NCBI GenBank assembly: GCA_024346625.1
Contig: AP024664.1
Location: 2,852,001 to 2,916,000, forward strand
Length of the DNA: 64,000 nucleotides
Direction: 5' to 3'
DNA from: Williopsis jadinii
Taxonomy: Eukaryota
The notes under the pieces are model-generated. The model searched no databases. It had not been told where the DNA came from and was given only the letters and a program-made list of their open reading frames with translations. Of the stretch, positions 1 through 11,337 are shown one piece after another; the stretch's first letter is position 1; each line of letters begins with the position of its first letter. The translations under genes were made by a program, and so were the position numbers.

Positions 1-792
1 CCACTCGGTGGTAAGGCTCCGTATTCCAGTGCAGTCTCGTATGATAATGAAAGCATATTGGCCTCTACTTTTAGAACTGGTCACGTACCTTTGAGATCTC
101 AAGACGATTTCATTCATGCCTATAAGGAATCACTCAGAATAACGAAAGAGTTGAAACAAGCCACCGGACATGATGGCATCTTTGCATATTCTCCGTTTTA
201 TATCTTCTTTGTGCAGTATACGACGATCGTCAGGCTGACTTTCACGTTGATCTCTGTTGCACTAGCGATCATTCTCTTGAACTCAATCATACTTTTGGGC
301 TCCGTCAGATCGTCATTGGCATTGGTGATTACCGTGGTGATGATCTTGATCAACATTGCTGGTGTCATGTCAATCTGGTCCATCTCACTGAACGCTGTGA
401 GCCTTGTGAATCTGGTGATATGCATTGGACTCGCAGTAGAATTCTGTGTGCATATCACGAGGGCCTTCATTGTCTCTGATAAGGATAACAGGCTTTCCAA
501 CGTCAATTTCAGAGCATTCAACGCAATAACAGGTGTTGGGGGCGCCGTCCTCGGGGGAATCTGCACTACAAAGCTCATTGGTGTCATCGTCCTGGCCTTC
601 ACAAAGTCTAAGATCTTTGAAGTGTACTATTTTAGAATGTGGTTATCCCTTGTGGTTATCGCATCTCTTCACGCACTGGTGTTCTTGCCGGTGCTGCTCT
701 CACTATTTGGAGGTAAACGCTATATATTCTCCGAGAACAGCTCTGGAATTGCTGATGATCTTGCTAACCGTTTAACTGAGCTGGCTCAATGA
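1..792 (+). CDS. NCR1: Niemann-Pick C1-like sterol transporter, 3' part (runs in from the left edge)
   Basis: Frame is open from base 1 (PLGGKAPYSSAV...). Contains NPC1/Patched C-terminal motifs FAYSPFYIFFVQY, LNAVSLVNLVICIGLAVEFCVHI and KSKIFEVYYFRMW. Confidence 0.93.
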   Translation, partial: PLGGKAPYSSAVSYDNESILASTFRTGHVPLRSQDDFIHAYKESLRITKELKQATGHDGIFAYSPFYIFFVQYTTIVRLTFTLISVALAIILLNSIILLGSVRSSLALVITVVMILINIAGVMSIWSISLNAVSLVNLVICIGLAVEFCVHITRAFIVSDKDNRLSNVNFRAFNAITGVGGAVLGGICTTKLIGVIVLAFTKSKIFEVYYFRMWLSLVVIASLHALVFLPVLLSLFGGKRYIFSENSSGIADDLANRLTELAQ

Positions 793-1044
793 AATTGTTA
801 GCTATTAGAGGAGAAGAAGTACATGGTTGATTCGTAAAGGTTGTGTTTTGTAGTAAATTGTTTTGATGATTGAGCCTAACACCCTGCCAGGCCGTGGCTC
901 CCCGTCTAGGCTGGTGAAGAGAAAAAAAACCCCAAGAGATCGAGGTGAAAGTAAAAAATTCATCGGCAGTAAATTGAGTGGAAAGAGCCGACGTTGATTC
1001 GCTTAAAAACCAACAGCAACAGTCGTGAACTAAGGAAGTCCCCG

Positions 1045-2889
1045 ATGTCTCTGATAAAGGCAGTGGGTGACTACGTGAAGGTGTGTCGAGAACACAATCT
1101 GTTTGTGACAAGACGGCCCCGAGTACAAATCAAACAACTTCTGCCATCGGCCAGCGCAGTACGAAGAGACGTACAGGCGTCGAAGAAAGAAGCACATGGT
1201 CATGAAGATCCAGAGCTTTGGAGACTTGTGAGTAAAGGCTCACAGTTTCAGCAAAATATAGTCAGGGAATCTTTGAAACCCCTTGGATTCCCAGTGCTTC
1301 GTCGAAGCCAGGAAAGACGTCAGAGAGATCACACACTGGATCATGTCCAATACACTGATGGGGAATCTACAGGCAAAGGGGAGTTCGAAAGGGGAATTAT
1401 ACACACTCTAGATGGACAAGCTGTGGCACAGATCATCTCGACCCTTGTGGAAATCACCCCGAGGGGAAATACACCAGACGATGTATCTCCTCTATCGACT
1501 AGAGATGCACATCTGATCTTTAAAGCACCCAAGCATGTCTACACAGAGATTCCACCTATACCCAATTTCTCTGAGTATCCGGAACAGTTTGAAGATTACA
1601 TCTATAGAATCACACACTCCACTTTCCACCATAAACAGTCTTCCAAATTCAACGGGATTATACCCAAGATGCTGAGAAATATGTTCCACCCGTTGAATTC
1701 GAATACGTTGAACATACGTACTGCAGATTCGTTCAATTACGTTATACATTACTTTGTAAAGAAGTGGGACATCGCAACTTGTCGTGAGCTCATAGTCCAG
1801 ATGAAAGCTGAACATAAGACGCCGACCACTACGACGTATAACATCATGCTGAATGCATTGAAGACTTTACAGAACATTATTCATAAGAGCGATCCATACA
1901 AGATTGCTCTCAAGCACCTAACGCAGATGAAACGATACAACTTGAAAGCAGATGTTGTCACGTGGAATATCGTCTTTAACATACTGAGAGACGATCCCAG
2001 TAAAGAGATCTTGGTACAAAAGAGGAAGGAGCTGAAAGTTCCCATTGATGACTACTTTACATATAGCTTGATGAAGCATTTCAGTAAAAGAGATGGCATA
2101 ACTGGTAAGAAACTCCTTGAGGTAATGAGAGAACTTGGGTTCACATTGGATGGTCGACTGGTGACTCTTGTGGTGAAGATGCTGATCAGTGAGAGACAGT
2201 TCACGAACGCTTTGAAGATTGTTTCGTTTGCTCATGAGAATGAATCTATGAATTATCGTGCTAATAGAGAATCATTAAACAAATTTCTCGATGAATTTGC
2301 CAAGCTGAAAAGAGTGGATTTATGCATTGGTGCTATGAATACCTTCGAACGCAGCTTCGGTGTCACTGCTGATTATGATACATACACCCTCCTCTTCGAA
2401 GCTATGGCGAGGTCTGGATACTGGAAGGATAAGTACGCATTGTGCAAGGTTCTCTATCATCGTATGCTGAATGATCTGGGCGTTGTTGCTGGTGACTATT
2501 GGCTGAAAAAGCTAAGGTCCAGACTCAAATTTATACATGATTACGACGTCAACCTTTCATACCCTTTGACTGAAAAAGAGAGAAACTTGGAAAAGATCAT
2601 CACCGAGTTTGCCTTTACTGAATGGAAAGTTCCTAGGTGGATGGACAACAATCGTACCGTGAAAGATAGAATAGCAAGTAAGAGAATGGGATACTATGCT
2701 TCCAGAGATTCAGTTGGAAAAAACCAAAGTCTGGAGATGAAGAACAGAAGAGAACTTTCTCGCAACTACAAAAGTAAAATTGATGCAATTTCCATTACGA
2801 AGGCCATGCAAAAGAGAATCCCATACGCCAAAGATCCTTTCAAAGAATTGAAGGAAGAGCTGAGTGAAAGAGGTATAATTTCGTCTTAG
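1045..2889 (+). CDS. AEP3: Mitochondrial PPR protein, ATPase expression protein 3-like
   Basis: First ATG at 1045. PPR-like repeats (PTTTTYNIMLNAL, ADVVTWNIVFNIL, ADYDTYTLLFEAM). Lies directly downstream of NCR1, as AEP3 does in S. cerevisiae. Confidence 0.72.
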   Translation: MSLIKAVGDYVKVCREHNLFVTRRPRVQIKQLLPSASAVRRDVQASKKEAHGHEDPELWRLVSKGSQFQQNIVRESLKPLGFPVLRRSQERRQRDHTLDHVQYTDGESTGKGEFERGIIHTLDGQAVAQIISTLVEITPRGNTPDDVSPLSTRDAHLIFKAPKHVYTEIPPIPNFSEYPEQFEDYIYRITHSTFHHKQSSKFNGIIPKMLRNMFHPLNSNTLNIRTADSFNYVIHYFVKKWDIATCRELIVQMKAEHKTPTTTTYNIMLNALKTLQNIIHKSDPYKIALKHLTQMKRYNLKADVVTWNIVFNILRDDPSKEILVQKRKELKVPIDDYFTYSLMKHFSKRDGITGKKLLEVMRELGFTLDGRLVTLVVKMLISERQFTNALKIVSFAHENESMNYRANRESLNKFLDEFAKLKRVDLCIGAMNTFERSFGVTADYDTYTLLFEAMARSGYWKDKYALCKVLYHRMLNDLGVVAGDYWLKKLRSRLKFIHDYDVNLSYPLTEKERNLEKIITEFAFTEWKVPRWMDNNRTVKDRIASKRMGYYASRDSVGKNQSLEMKNRRELSRNYKSKIDAISITKAMQKRIPYAKDPFKELKEELSERGIISS

Positions 2890-3743
2890 GTCTGGACATC
2901 CCCCCATGTACATAAAAATAGCTCCACTAATGAAGGTTATGATCATTCCTCACGTAGTGTACTGTGTTTATGAAACCACAGTAACTTGTGAGAGAAAACG
3001 GTTACATTATGTATTTTTGTCACATGTGTCTCAATGGCTGGCTCTTATGCTTAACCCTGGCAAGTTTCACATCGTATAACCAAACATTTTCTACTTTCTG
3101 CAATACGGACTAACGTCTTCGCCGATCATGGAGTATACCGATCTTCACATATTCTATAGTCATTTGATGTCTGTGGTCATGTCTCAAGGTCTGTTCCATG
3201 CTTCATGTACGGTACATCACCCTGATCCAAGGATTCACTTTGATCCAACTTTGGACCAACCTGTAGGTGACCGTGGAATCAAGTAAGTTTGTCTCCTCCT
3301 CGAACGTTTTCAATCTCCAATTGATCAATGTGGGATATACTATCAGATCATACAAATGCCAAACCTCAGGCGTCCAGAGGAGAATCTGGCAGAATTGTTC
3401 TCAGCATGTTCTTTCTGTGCCTTGTCGAATCCTAATGAGGATAAACCGGCACCCATTTCATTCATATCTGCTCGACACATGCAAAGCACATTACATATCC
3501 TCAAGGTTTGATTGTTTTGAAAACGACCCTGCAAGGACCTGCCAGCCTTCCCCGTGCAAGCTGCCTGACGCTCAGCCATCGTGAAAGGCCGCGCCTTTAG
3601 GGTTTGGAAAGCCGAGGGTCCTGCCCCCCCTCCTCCGCCAAACTCTAGGCAGAAAAATTCGCGGTTTTCCTTCCAGCGCACATATGTGTTGCTAAGCGTG
3701 TACCTTTGAAAGGATCGTTCCAAGAGGTTAAAAGATAGAAGTT

Positions 3744-3750
3744 TGCTGGT
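3744..3750. promoter_or_regulatory. Ace2/Swi5-type site upstream of the chitinase gene
   Basis: TGCTGGT about 700 bp upstream of the ATG. CTS1 is a known Ace2 target, but this is a single short match. Confidence 0.35.
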
Positions 3751-4457
3751 GTTTAGTGTTCTATGCCTCTACAAAGGGGTCCATGTGATGTCTGACAGGA
3801 TATTTCATCGCGTTCTCTGTTTAAAATTGACTTGTCATTCGTATTACGTAGGAAGAAAAAGACACTTCTAACAAGCGTTGCTCACTCCACCTAGGGAGTT
3901 CCAATGGCCACAGCAAGGTTAAAGTCGGAAAGAATACAGTTGGATACATGATGTGTGAGATATTTTAAAGCCATGGAGGCTTAAGCAACGTGTGATATAG
4001 ATTAATCTCATGATATCGTTGTTATGTTTTAAGGTATCTCTCACTTCATCGGGAAATCCAACCAGCCCTTTGGGAAATACAGTCTCGGGGCCTCAGGACC
4101 TCATCGAACAGATCCTGCAGGAAGGCGCGTCAGCAAGTGCATATGATGGAATAATACAAGGGTGGTGTTCTAAATGAAACAATTTCGACCAGACAGGTAT
4201 ATAACTAGCTCATGTAACTCGTTCATAACGTGTCTCATGTCCACTGGGCCCTTTTATTCATCTTCCCCTTTCCCCTCTCTTTCCATTTCTTCAGTCAAAC
4301 ATCGAAGGAAACACCTAACAGGACCAACTCATTGTCGTTCATTATCACCGCCGCTAAGACCCATTCACTCTTTTATCTTTTACTACCGGTCTTTCTTTAT
4401 TACTATTTTCCATTCCTGTTTTGAGTGCTGACTTCACATACCATTTCGCTAGGAATC

Positions 4458-6665
4458 ATGCTTAACATTTTCACGCTCACGTTAGCCTTGATGGCTACAA
4501 CTACATTGGCCTTTGATGCAAGCGCAAAGGACAACATGGTCCTCTATTGGGGTCAAGCATCTGCAGGTTCTCAAGAAAGACTATCATACTACTGTGAGTC
4601 CGATGCTGCAGATATTATGGTGCTTGCCTTCATGACTTCGTTCCCAGGTACAAATGATATCCCAAGTCTTAATTTCGCTTCTGCATGTACCGAAACATTC
4701 TCTGACGGACTCTTAAAATGCGATCAGATCGCTGAGGATATCAAGACTTGTCAAAGTTTGGGTAAAGTTGTCTTATTGTCTCTTGGTGGTGCTGTTGGAT
4801 CATATGGCTTCTCTACTGATGACGAAGCTGTTGAATTTGCTGGTACTTTGTGGAACATGTTCGGTGAAGGTACAGCAGATGAGCGTCCATTTGGCGATGC
4901 TGTTATCGATGGTTTCGATTTTGATATTGAAAACAACAACCCAACAGGATATGCAGCACTGGCTACATCTCTTAAGGAGACTTATTTTACACAAGGTAGC
5001 AAGCAGTACTACCTGTCAGCTGCACCACAATGTTTCTACCCTGATGCTTCAGTCGGTAACTTGATGAACAATGCCTACATTGACTTTGCATTTGTTCAAT
5101 TCTACAACAACTACTGCAATGTAAACGGTCAATTCAACTGGGACACATGGGTTCAGTGGGCTGAGACTGTTTCACCAAACTCCAATGTTAAACTCTTCCT
5201 TGGTTTGGCAGGGTCGGCAACAGCAGCAGGTTCTGGCTACGTTGGTATTGATACCGTCACATCTACTATTGATTCCATTTATAACGATAGCCAATTTGGA
5301 GGTGTTATGCTATGGGATGCTTCCCAAGGATTTACGAATGTTGTTTCTTCTGGTGACACTTTTGCTGAAAGTATTAAGGCTTATATGGTGAGTCTGGATT
5401 CGGAAACAACAACTTCCTCAACCTCAACCAGTTCGACCAGTTCGACTAGCTCGACTAGTTCAACCATTTCAACCAGTTCGACTAGCTCGACTAGTTCAAC
5501 CAGCTCGACTAGTTCAACCACATCTGCTAGTTCAGCATCCTCAACCAGCTCAACATCCTCAACATCCTCAACATCCTCAACATCTTCAACATCTTCAACA
5601 TCTTCAACATCCTCAACCAGCTCAACAACTTCAACAACTTCAACAACTTCAACATCTTCAACTACTTCAACATCCTCAACATCCTCAACCAGCTCAACAA
5701 CTTCAACAACTTCAACTACTTCAACATCCTTAACATCATCAACATCATCAACATCATCAACATCATCAACATCCTCAACATCCTCAACATCCTCAACCAG
5801 CTCCAGTACTTCCATCACCACAGAAACTCCTGCCACTACAACATCTATCTCATCAGCCATTACTGAAGCTTCTGAGACTAGCAACACCAGTGATGTCACT
5901 ACCTCAAGCACTCAAGAACCAACTGTTGAGACATCAACTAAAACTTCTTCGAGTGTCTTGCCAACACAAGCTCCAGAAGAAACAACAAAGAGTACAACCA
6001 CTCTGCAGCCTACATCTTCGAGCCATCCAGAGTCCATCACAAAGAGTGAGCCAACGGCTGCATCAGCACCAGGAACACAGACATTTTGGACCACTGTGAC
6101 AAGCACTGGTGTTTCGACAGTTACAAAAGTTGAGGTGATTGATATTGGTAACCAAGAGACACGTACTCAAACAGTCATTTCCACAACTGAAACCGAGTAC
6201 GTTGTGACTAAAGAAGTTACAAGTACTAATCCAACAACTGTCACCAGTACTAAAGTGAATATTGTACCCGGTGAGGCAACCACTCTCATTGTTACAGAGA
6301 CTGACTGCACCACTACAATTACTGCTGATTCTCAACCAACCCAGGAACCTGCCACCACAACTACTAGTGAGGGAACAACTTCAACTGAAACTACTGCTGC
6401 AGCAACATCAGCAGTTGGTGAAGATTGCTCCACTCTGACTGGTGATGCTAAAGCAAACTGTCTCAACACAAACTTTGCAGCAGGTCTTTTCACTAATACT
6501 GCTGATGAATGTACACATGGAGATATTGGATGTGATGCCAATGGTGGATATGCCATTTGTAACTGGGGTAGCTGGGTTGTCCAAGGTTGTGCAGCTGGTA
6601 CAACATGTTATGCTCAGAACTACGGTACTTATATATACATTGGTTGTAACTGGCCAAAGCAGTGA
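4458..6665 (+). CDS. CTS1: GH18 endochitinase: signal peptide, catalytic domain, Ser/Thr linker, C-terminal CBM19-type chitin-binding domain
   Basis: ATG at 4458. Motifs YWGQ, DGFDFDIE (catalytic) and LSAAPQC. Cys-rich C-terminus GDIGC...YAICNWGSWV...CAAGTTCY. Adjacent to EFM7 as in S. cerevisiae. Confidence 0.93.
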   Translation: MLNIFTLTLALMATTTLAFDASAKDNMVLYWGQASAGSQERLSYYCESDAADIMVLAFMTSFPGTNDIPSLNFASACTETFSDGLLKCDQIAEDIKTCQSLGKVVLLSLGGAVGSYGFSTDDEAVEFAGTLWNMFGEGTADERPFGDAVIDGFDFDIENNNPTGYAALATSLKETYFTQGSKQYYLSAAPQCFYPDASVGNLMNNAYIDFAFVQFYNNYCNVNGQFNWDTWVQWAETVSPNSNVKLFLGLAGSATAAGSGYVGIDTVTSTIDSIYNDSQFGGVMLWDASQGFTNVVSSGDTFAESIKAYMVSLDSETTTSSTSTSSTSSTSSTSSTISTSSTSSTSSTSSTSSTTSASSASSTSSTSSTSSTSSTSSTSSTSSTSSTSSTTSTTSTTSTSSTTSTSSTSSTSSTTSTTSTTSTSLTSSTSSTSSTSSTSSTSSTSSTSSSTSITTETPATTTSISSAITEASETSNTSDVTTSSTQEPTVETSTKTSSSVLPTQAPEETTKSTTTLQPTSSSHPESITKSEPTAASAPGTQTFWTTVTSTGVSTVTKVEVIDIGNQETRTQTVISTTETEYVVTKEVTSTNPTTVTSTKVNIVPGEATTLIVTETDCTTTITADSQPTQEPATTTTSEGTTSTETTAAATSAVGEDCSTLTGDAKANCLNTNFAAGLFTNTADECTHGDIGCDANGGYAICNWGSWVVQGCAAGTTCYAQNYGTYIYIGCNWPKQ
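5410..5812 (+). repeat. Coding 9-bp minisatellite (TCAACATCN / TCGACTAGY units) encoding (STS)n
   Basis: Tandem units are visible in the sequence inside the CTS1 linker. Confidence 0.9.
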
Positions 6666-6809
6666 AAGAGATACATTCTCAAATTATGACTGCTAATGAC
6701 ATATATGCACCAATGGACTTTTAATTTCTCTACAATACCTCTTCTGCTCTTCAATCTTTTCATGTAATACCATACAGCTTCATTCGACTATATTAACACC
6801 TCGTGTAGT

Positions 6810-7562
6810 TCATTTCGATAGGAAGTAAGAGTACACTCTCGATCTAACTTCTGCTGTTGATGGATCCTCGTCTGGGAACATTGGTTTCCAAACGACAAGA
6901 TCGTTTTGTTCAACTTTGAAGTCAAACTCCTTCGCAGTCTCGAAGAATTGCAAGTCATTCTCCAGTAGCCATGGTCTGTGTGGACTAAAGACAACAAAGC
7001 ACTTACCATTTGATGATAAGAGGTCCTTACAAGTTTGTAAGAGTTTTCTGTGTTCAGTGTGGTTAAACACCAAGTCACTCAGGATGATGAGATCAAATTT
7101 CTCTTGTCCAATTGGAGCAATCGTTTCTAGAAGAGGAGTATAATCGTTTCCCCAAATGTATCCTTTCACTGTTATGTTGTTTAAATGTCCACATGTGCTC
7201 TTCACGTTGTGTTCGATGTTCTCGATGAGCTCTGGGTCTGGATAGTCAGTGGACACAACTTGCTTAGCACCGTTTAGTGAGCATATCAACGATGGCAAAG
7301 CAGCAGCAGCACCTAGTTCAAGGACACATTTGTCCTTGATGAGTTCATCTGAATGCTCATCAAGGTAGTCTGCGGTGTAAATACCAGCGTTCCAAAGCAA
7401 ATGACCCCAGAGTGGTGATGAGCCAATGAGACGCAGGTTGATATCCTTTGGCTGTTTCTCTACCTTACGAACGTATGAAGCATAATGAGGCTCCGGTGGT
7501 GGTTTGTAGTAACCTTCTGGCTCTTGGAAGAGATCTCCTCCTAATGACTCAGTGTCAGACAT
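6810..7562 (-). CDS. EFM7: Protein N-terminal/lysine methyltransferase Efm7 (Nnt1)
   Basis: Motifs [40 protein letters not shown] and FSPHRP. Confidence 0.93.
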   Translation of the reverse strand: MSDTESLGGDLFQEPEGYYKPPPEPHYASYVRKVEKQPKDINLRLIGSSPLWGHLLWNAGIYTADYLDEHSDELIKDKCVLELGAAAALPSLICSLNGAKQVVSTDYPDPELIENIEHNVKSTCGHLNNITVKGYIWGNDYTPLLETIAPIGQEKFDLIILSDLVFNHTEHRKLLQTCKDLLSSNGKCFVVFSPHRPWLLENDLQFFETAKEFDFKVEQNDLVVWKPMFPDEDPSTAEVRSRVYSYFLSK

Positions 7563-7615
7563 TTACCGTTGACCTTCAAAGACGTAATGTGAAAATGTGA
7601 TGAAATATTTCAGTT

Positions 7616-7633
7616 AAAATTTTACCCGATGAG
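7616..7633. promoter_or_regulatory. RRPE-like, Reb1 and PAC elements in the EFM7 promoter
   Basis: AAAATTTT (7616-7623), TTACCCG (7622-7628) and CGATGAG (7627-7633). Confidence 0.6.
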
Positions 7634-7891
7634 CTTTAGCTGGTTGTAGATGACAAGATCATACATTATACGAGGAAACACAAGCTCCCTTGATCATTGG
7701 TTTCCTTCTTGAAGATGGTGTTTCTCTACTGTCTCATCTCTTGCAAAATATGCTTCTACACTTACTATTCAAAAAGTTTTATAACATTAAAGCCATTTCA
7801 AAATGAACAAGCCACTTGTCTTAGAGAACAAAATTGTACATAAACGTTTGGATGTGTTTTGTCATTTCTTTGCAACAGAAACTCAGCATGT

Positions 7892-8544
7892 TTATTGGGT
7901 AGAAGATGGACCTGGGTTGGCTCTTCTCTTACCGTTGATCAAAGTAACGTTGATGAATCTCTTGGTGTACAAAAGACGCTTGTAAGCTCTTCCTTTTGGC
8001 TTCTTTGGCTTCTCTTGCTTGTCAACCTTTGGAGTTTGAGATTTAACCTTACCGGCACGAGCCAAGGAACCGTGGACTTTACCCTGTAGATGTGACTGTT
8101 AGTATTTATTTTAAAGTGAACGAAACGAGTGAATAATGTGATCAGTTGACTATCGCATGGCCCATTTGCTCCTGATTTGGAGTGCTTCATAGAGGGTGAG
8201 GGTAAACTTCAGTGATCTGGATACGGTCTCTTCATTTTTTTCAGAATGGCCATCAAAACCGCTTCCTGTCCTTCCACATAACAAGCCAGCTGTATCAAAG
8301 CATTAGGATTCAAAGTTTCTCTTCAACTCTGTATCTATAAAGGATATCACGTAAAATACACCTCCCATTCCGTTCCTTCGTTGTATGCTTGGAAAACTCC
8401 TCTCTTCAGTAAAACTTCAATACGCTCATATCGCTTAGCAAGCCACTCTCGATCCTCTTTTCAGGCCAATATCAGAATGTCCCAATAGTCCATCATGTCA
8501 AATGTCCACACTTATCACTCTTTCTCTGTTCAACAACGTACCAT
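7892..8544 (-). CDS. RPS30: 40S ribosomal protein eS30; exons 8544-8542 and 8083-7892
   Basis: ATG|GTACGT donor, TACTAAC branch point (8104-8098), CAG acceptor. Spliced product is [44 protein letters not shown]... (64 aa). Confidence 0.96.
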
Positions 8545-8975
8545 TTTGTCTTATTGGTTTTATGTGGTATCGAGTCCTCTACCTGTGCTTTGTTGTTGAT
8601 GAATAAACTTGGGCTGTTTTTTTTCGCCATTGCCCTGCGATCGCGGCAGTTTGAAAATTGTGACTCTGAATGTCTGGATGTTTTTGCTTTTCTCCCCCTA
8701 ATTCCGCAGACGGTATAATTTTAGCTAACAGCCCTACCCCATGTCATGTGATTTATGAAGTTAGGGTTTGAGAGTAAATAATATTCGTAAGCCACACCTG
8801 CCTTCTGTTGTGGCATACCCCATACCATACGTCATAACGGTTTGTGCTGTCCTGCTCTTTGGTGCATTATTACCCGTTCTCTAAGTACATTGGTCTACAT
8901 TGAAGTCTTTCATGGGCTATTGATATTAAGTTTATTCCGACTATTCGTTCTTTGCCATGATCACAGCCACCAATG

Positions 8976-9706
8976 TTACAACAGAGAGCTAAAGCCGATG
9001 TTAGTATCGATCTCTTCTAAATATGGATAAAGTATTTTGAATAGATATGCACTCACACTAAACACCAGAAAGACCAAGATATACACCGTGAGCTTTGCAG
9101 GTGGATATCTATTCTCCTTGAGTAGGTACTGTGTTCTAAAGAACCTATGTGTTCCCATGAGTACACATATAACCCCTATAAGTACAAGACACGCACCTAC
9201 GGGCCGTCCTAGTTTAGCGACAATGTCCGTCTCTGAGTTGCTCTTGACAAGTTTGAACAATTGGGTCACGCCGACACCTGCTGTGGCCATTGCCATTGAC
9301 GTTCTGATCCATGAGAGAAAGGTTCTTTCATTTGCCATCTATAACATAGTGTTAATATAAAACCGAAACATTTCAAAGATAAACTTTTACCCACATGGTC
9401 TCTTGCAACTGCCCCGTTGTTCTCCAACAATTCACTTCCGAATTCTTCATACCCCCATAGATCCCACCATCCGTTTTTCTTCAATTGACGTTCTTCAAAG
9501 CTCTGCACTCTTCTGATGGATTCACCGGGCGTTTCATCTTGTGATTCAGGCCCACGTTGATGTTCCAGCAGTTCAAAAACCTCTCTTCCGGTATTTGCAG
9601 ACCTCTTTCTCGCAGACGTGGGACGCTCTAATGGATCAACGCTTTCTGTTTCCTCGTTAATCACATCGATATCTTTGTAAGTACTTTTACTTTGTGAGGC
9701 CTCCAT
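8976..9706 (-). CDS. DUF202/YidH-family membrane protein; exons 9706-9395 and 9338-8976
   Basis: Removing a 56-nt intron (GTGGGT...TATTAAC...TAG) restores the family signature ARDH-MANERTFLSWIRT. Three TM segments, about 224 aa. Confidence 0.8.
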
Positions 9707-9906
9707 CTATTCTTTCTCCTTAATACACTCTGGTTTATAAGGAGTAAAGCTGGAGTTGGTTATCGTCATTGCAAATCAATGTGGTAGTGCAGTTTACAGC
9801 TCATGCGTACACGTTGCATCCAGACACCAAGCCTTAGATGCGTCAACGGTTTTTTTTTTTGGACTACAGGCAGGAAACTTCAACAAAACGACCATCTCTA
9901 ATTCGA

Positions 9907-10248
9907 TTAAAAATTACTTGTCACCGTCACCTTCGGATATGTCCTAACTGTACCGATAGTGCCTTCTAGTGTACCAAGGCCGATGGTACCAGTTGGAACC
10001 GATGCCACAGTGCTCCATCTTCTGGTAAACTGCTGGGAATATGCTGACTGTGTCGTCTGGAGTACGCCGGCTGCATCAGTGCCAGTGGCCCATATATACG
10101 TAGGAGATTGTGTGAGAACAGAATCTGTTGTGATTCTCTGTGTTGTTGAATCTTGTATGGAAGTTATGACTGTGATTATTGTAACTTCTCTCTGCGCAAA
10201 CGAGAGTGCAAATAATATAGATAATGTGAAGAGCCAACACTTGAGCAT
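9907..10248 (-). CDS. KRE1: Small secreted Kre1-domain protein
   Basis: Signal peptide followed by SPTYIWATGTDAAG..TTQSAYSQQF..GTIGLGTLEGTIGTVRTY, which resembles the Kre1 core as I recall it from Candida and Saccharomyces. Confidence 0.72.
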   Translation of the reverse strand: MLKCWLFTLSILFALSFAQREVTIITVITSIQDSTTQRITTDSVLTQSPTYIWATGTDAAGVLQTTQSAYSQQFTRRWSTVASVPTGTIGLGTLEGTIGTVRTYPKVTVTSNF

Positions 10249-11337
10249 GCTTCAAAATGAGTGGATAGAAACGTAGATATGGCGCACTTGGTGAAATAAC
10301 ACAAGCTTAGTCTTGTGCCTTCTCCTGCTCAATTTATATACATCAGACATTTGCACTGGTCAGGAGAGGAATTCAGTAAAACAGGCATAACCCAGTCATA
10401 TTTTTGGATCAAGTCTTGACACCAAGCGATTATGTGTGCATGTTAAACTTTGGTTTCTTTTTCTCTGCTTTACATATTTGCTCTCATGGGATTTCATCAA
10501 AAATGCCTGTGCAACGTCGTTGAGAATGCTTGGTAACAGTCGTATGTAATGTGAACCACACCATTCTCAAACACACAGGGAATCTCATATCAATAGGTAC
10601 TTTATACACCAACTCCCGGTACATCTCCTCCCCGTAACGGTGGAGGATTCCACTCTATCGTGGAAGTTAGTGATGATGCATCATGCAGGCGCATTTCCCG
10701 CTTACACGTTCGTTGCAGCTAATTCTACAGCAAAATCTCTCTTATGGAAAAATACCACAAGGCTCGGAACTGAAGCTGATGGGAACTTGTTAGATCATTT
10801 CACGTGTAGACTTGGCTCAATATCGGTATCTCCGCTGGAAGAATACAACATGAGCACCCTAGGTCTTGTCGTAAATGAAATCACCGGGAAATAATTACCA
10901 AGAACCTTGAAAAATGTATGTAACGTTGCAGACTAAGAAACCTCGTATCATTTTCAGCCTTTATGATACATTATGAGGTAAAAGATGGACATGTGTTACT
11001 CAGTCACATCGTATTGCCCTAACAAGTAGCATGTACACAGATGATCCCTTTCTGTTTCAGAACTCGTCGAGTGATGACAGCGTTGTTTTCTCTTTTCCCT
11101 TCCTTTCTTCTTTCAGCCTAGGCCATGAGAATCTCTTGAGCACACTGTGGAAGGGCCGCCTAGAAATTCCTCCGCCCACACAGCCTGGGAAGAAAGCAAC
11201 AAAGGACGGTGAGCCCACGCCCAGGAAGCGGAAAGTGGAAATTCGGGCCTGCGAAAAAATCTCCCCAGAGAGGACTTTCAGCCCGAGACCGTGGTGATCA
11301 GAATCAAAACAAGTCATACGTAAATAGTTCTACAGAG

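Noticed and set aside
1034..1044. GGAAGTCCCCG resembling an RNase MRP P4 strand
   Set aside because: It abuts the AEP3 ATG, and I saw no partner strand or room for the RNA.
3019..3026. CDEI-like GTCACATG (also at 23429)
   Set aside because: No very AT-rich CDEII or CCGAA-type CDEIII follows, so it is not a point centromere.
5381..5911. 176-aa V/E/D-repeat ORF on the minus strand
   Set aside because: It is the antisense shadow of the CTS1 Ser/Thr repeat.
7939..8190. 83-aa minus-strand ORF at the RPS30 locus
   Set aside because: It is in the wrong frame; the real gene is spliced RPS30.
10670..10780. Possible C/D-box snoRNA (GTGATGA...CTGA)
   Set aside because: I could not identify a terminal stem or an rRNA-complementary guide.
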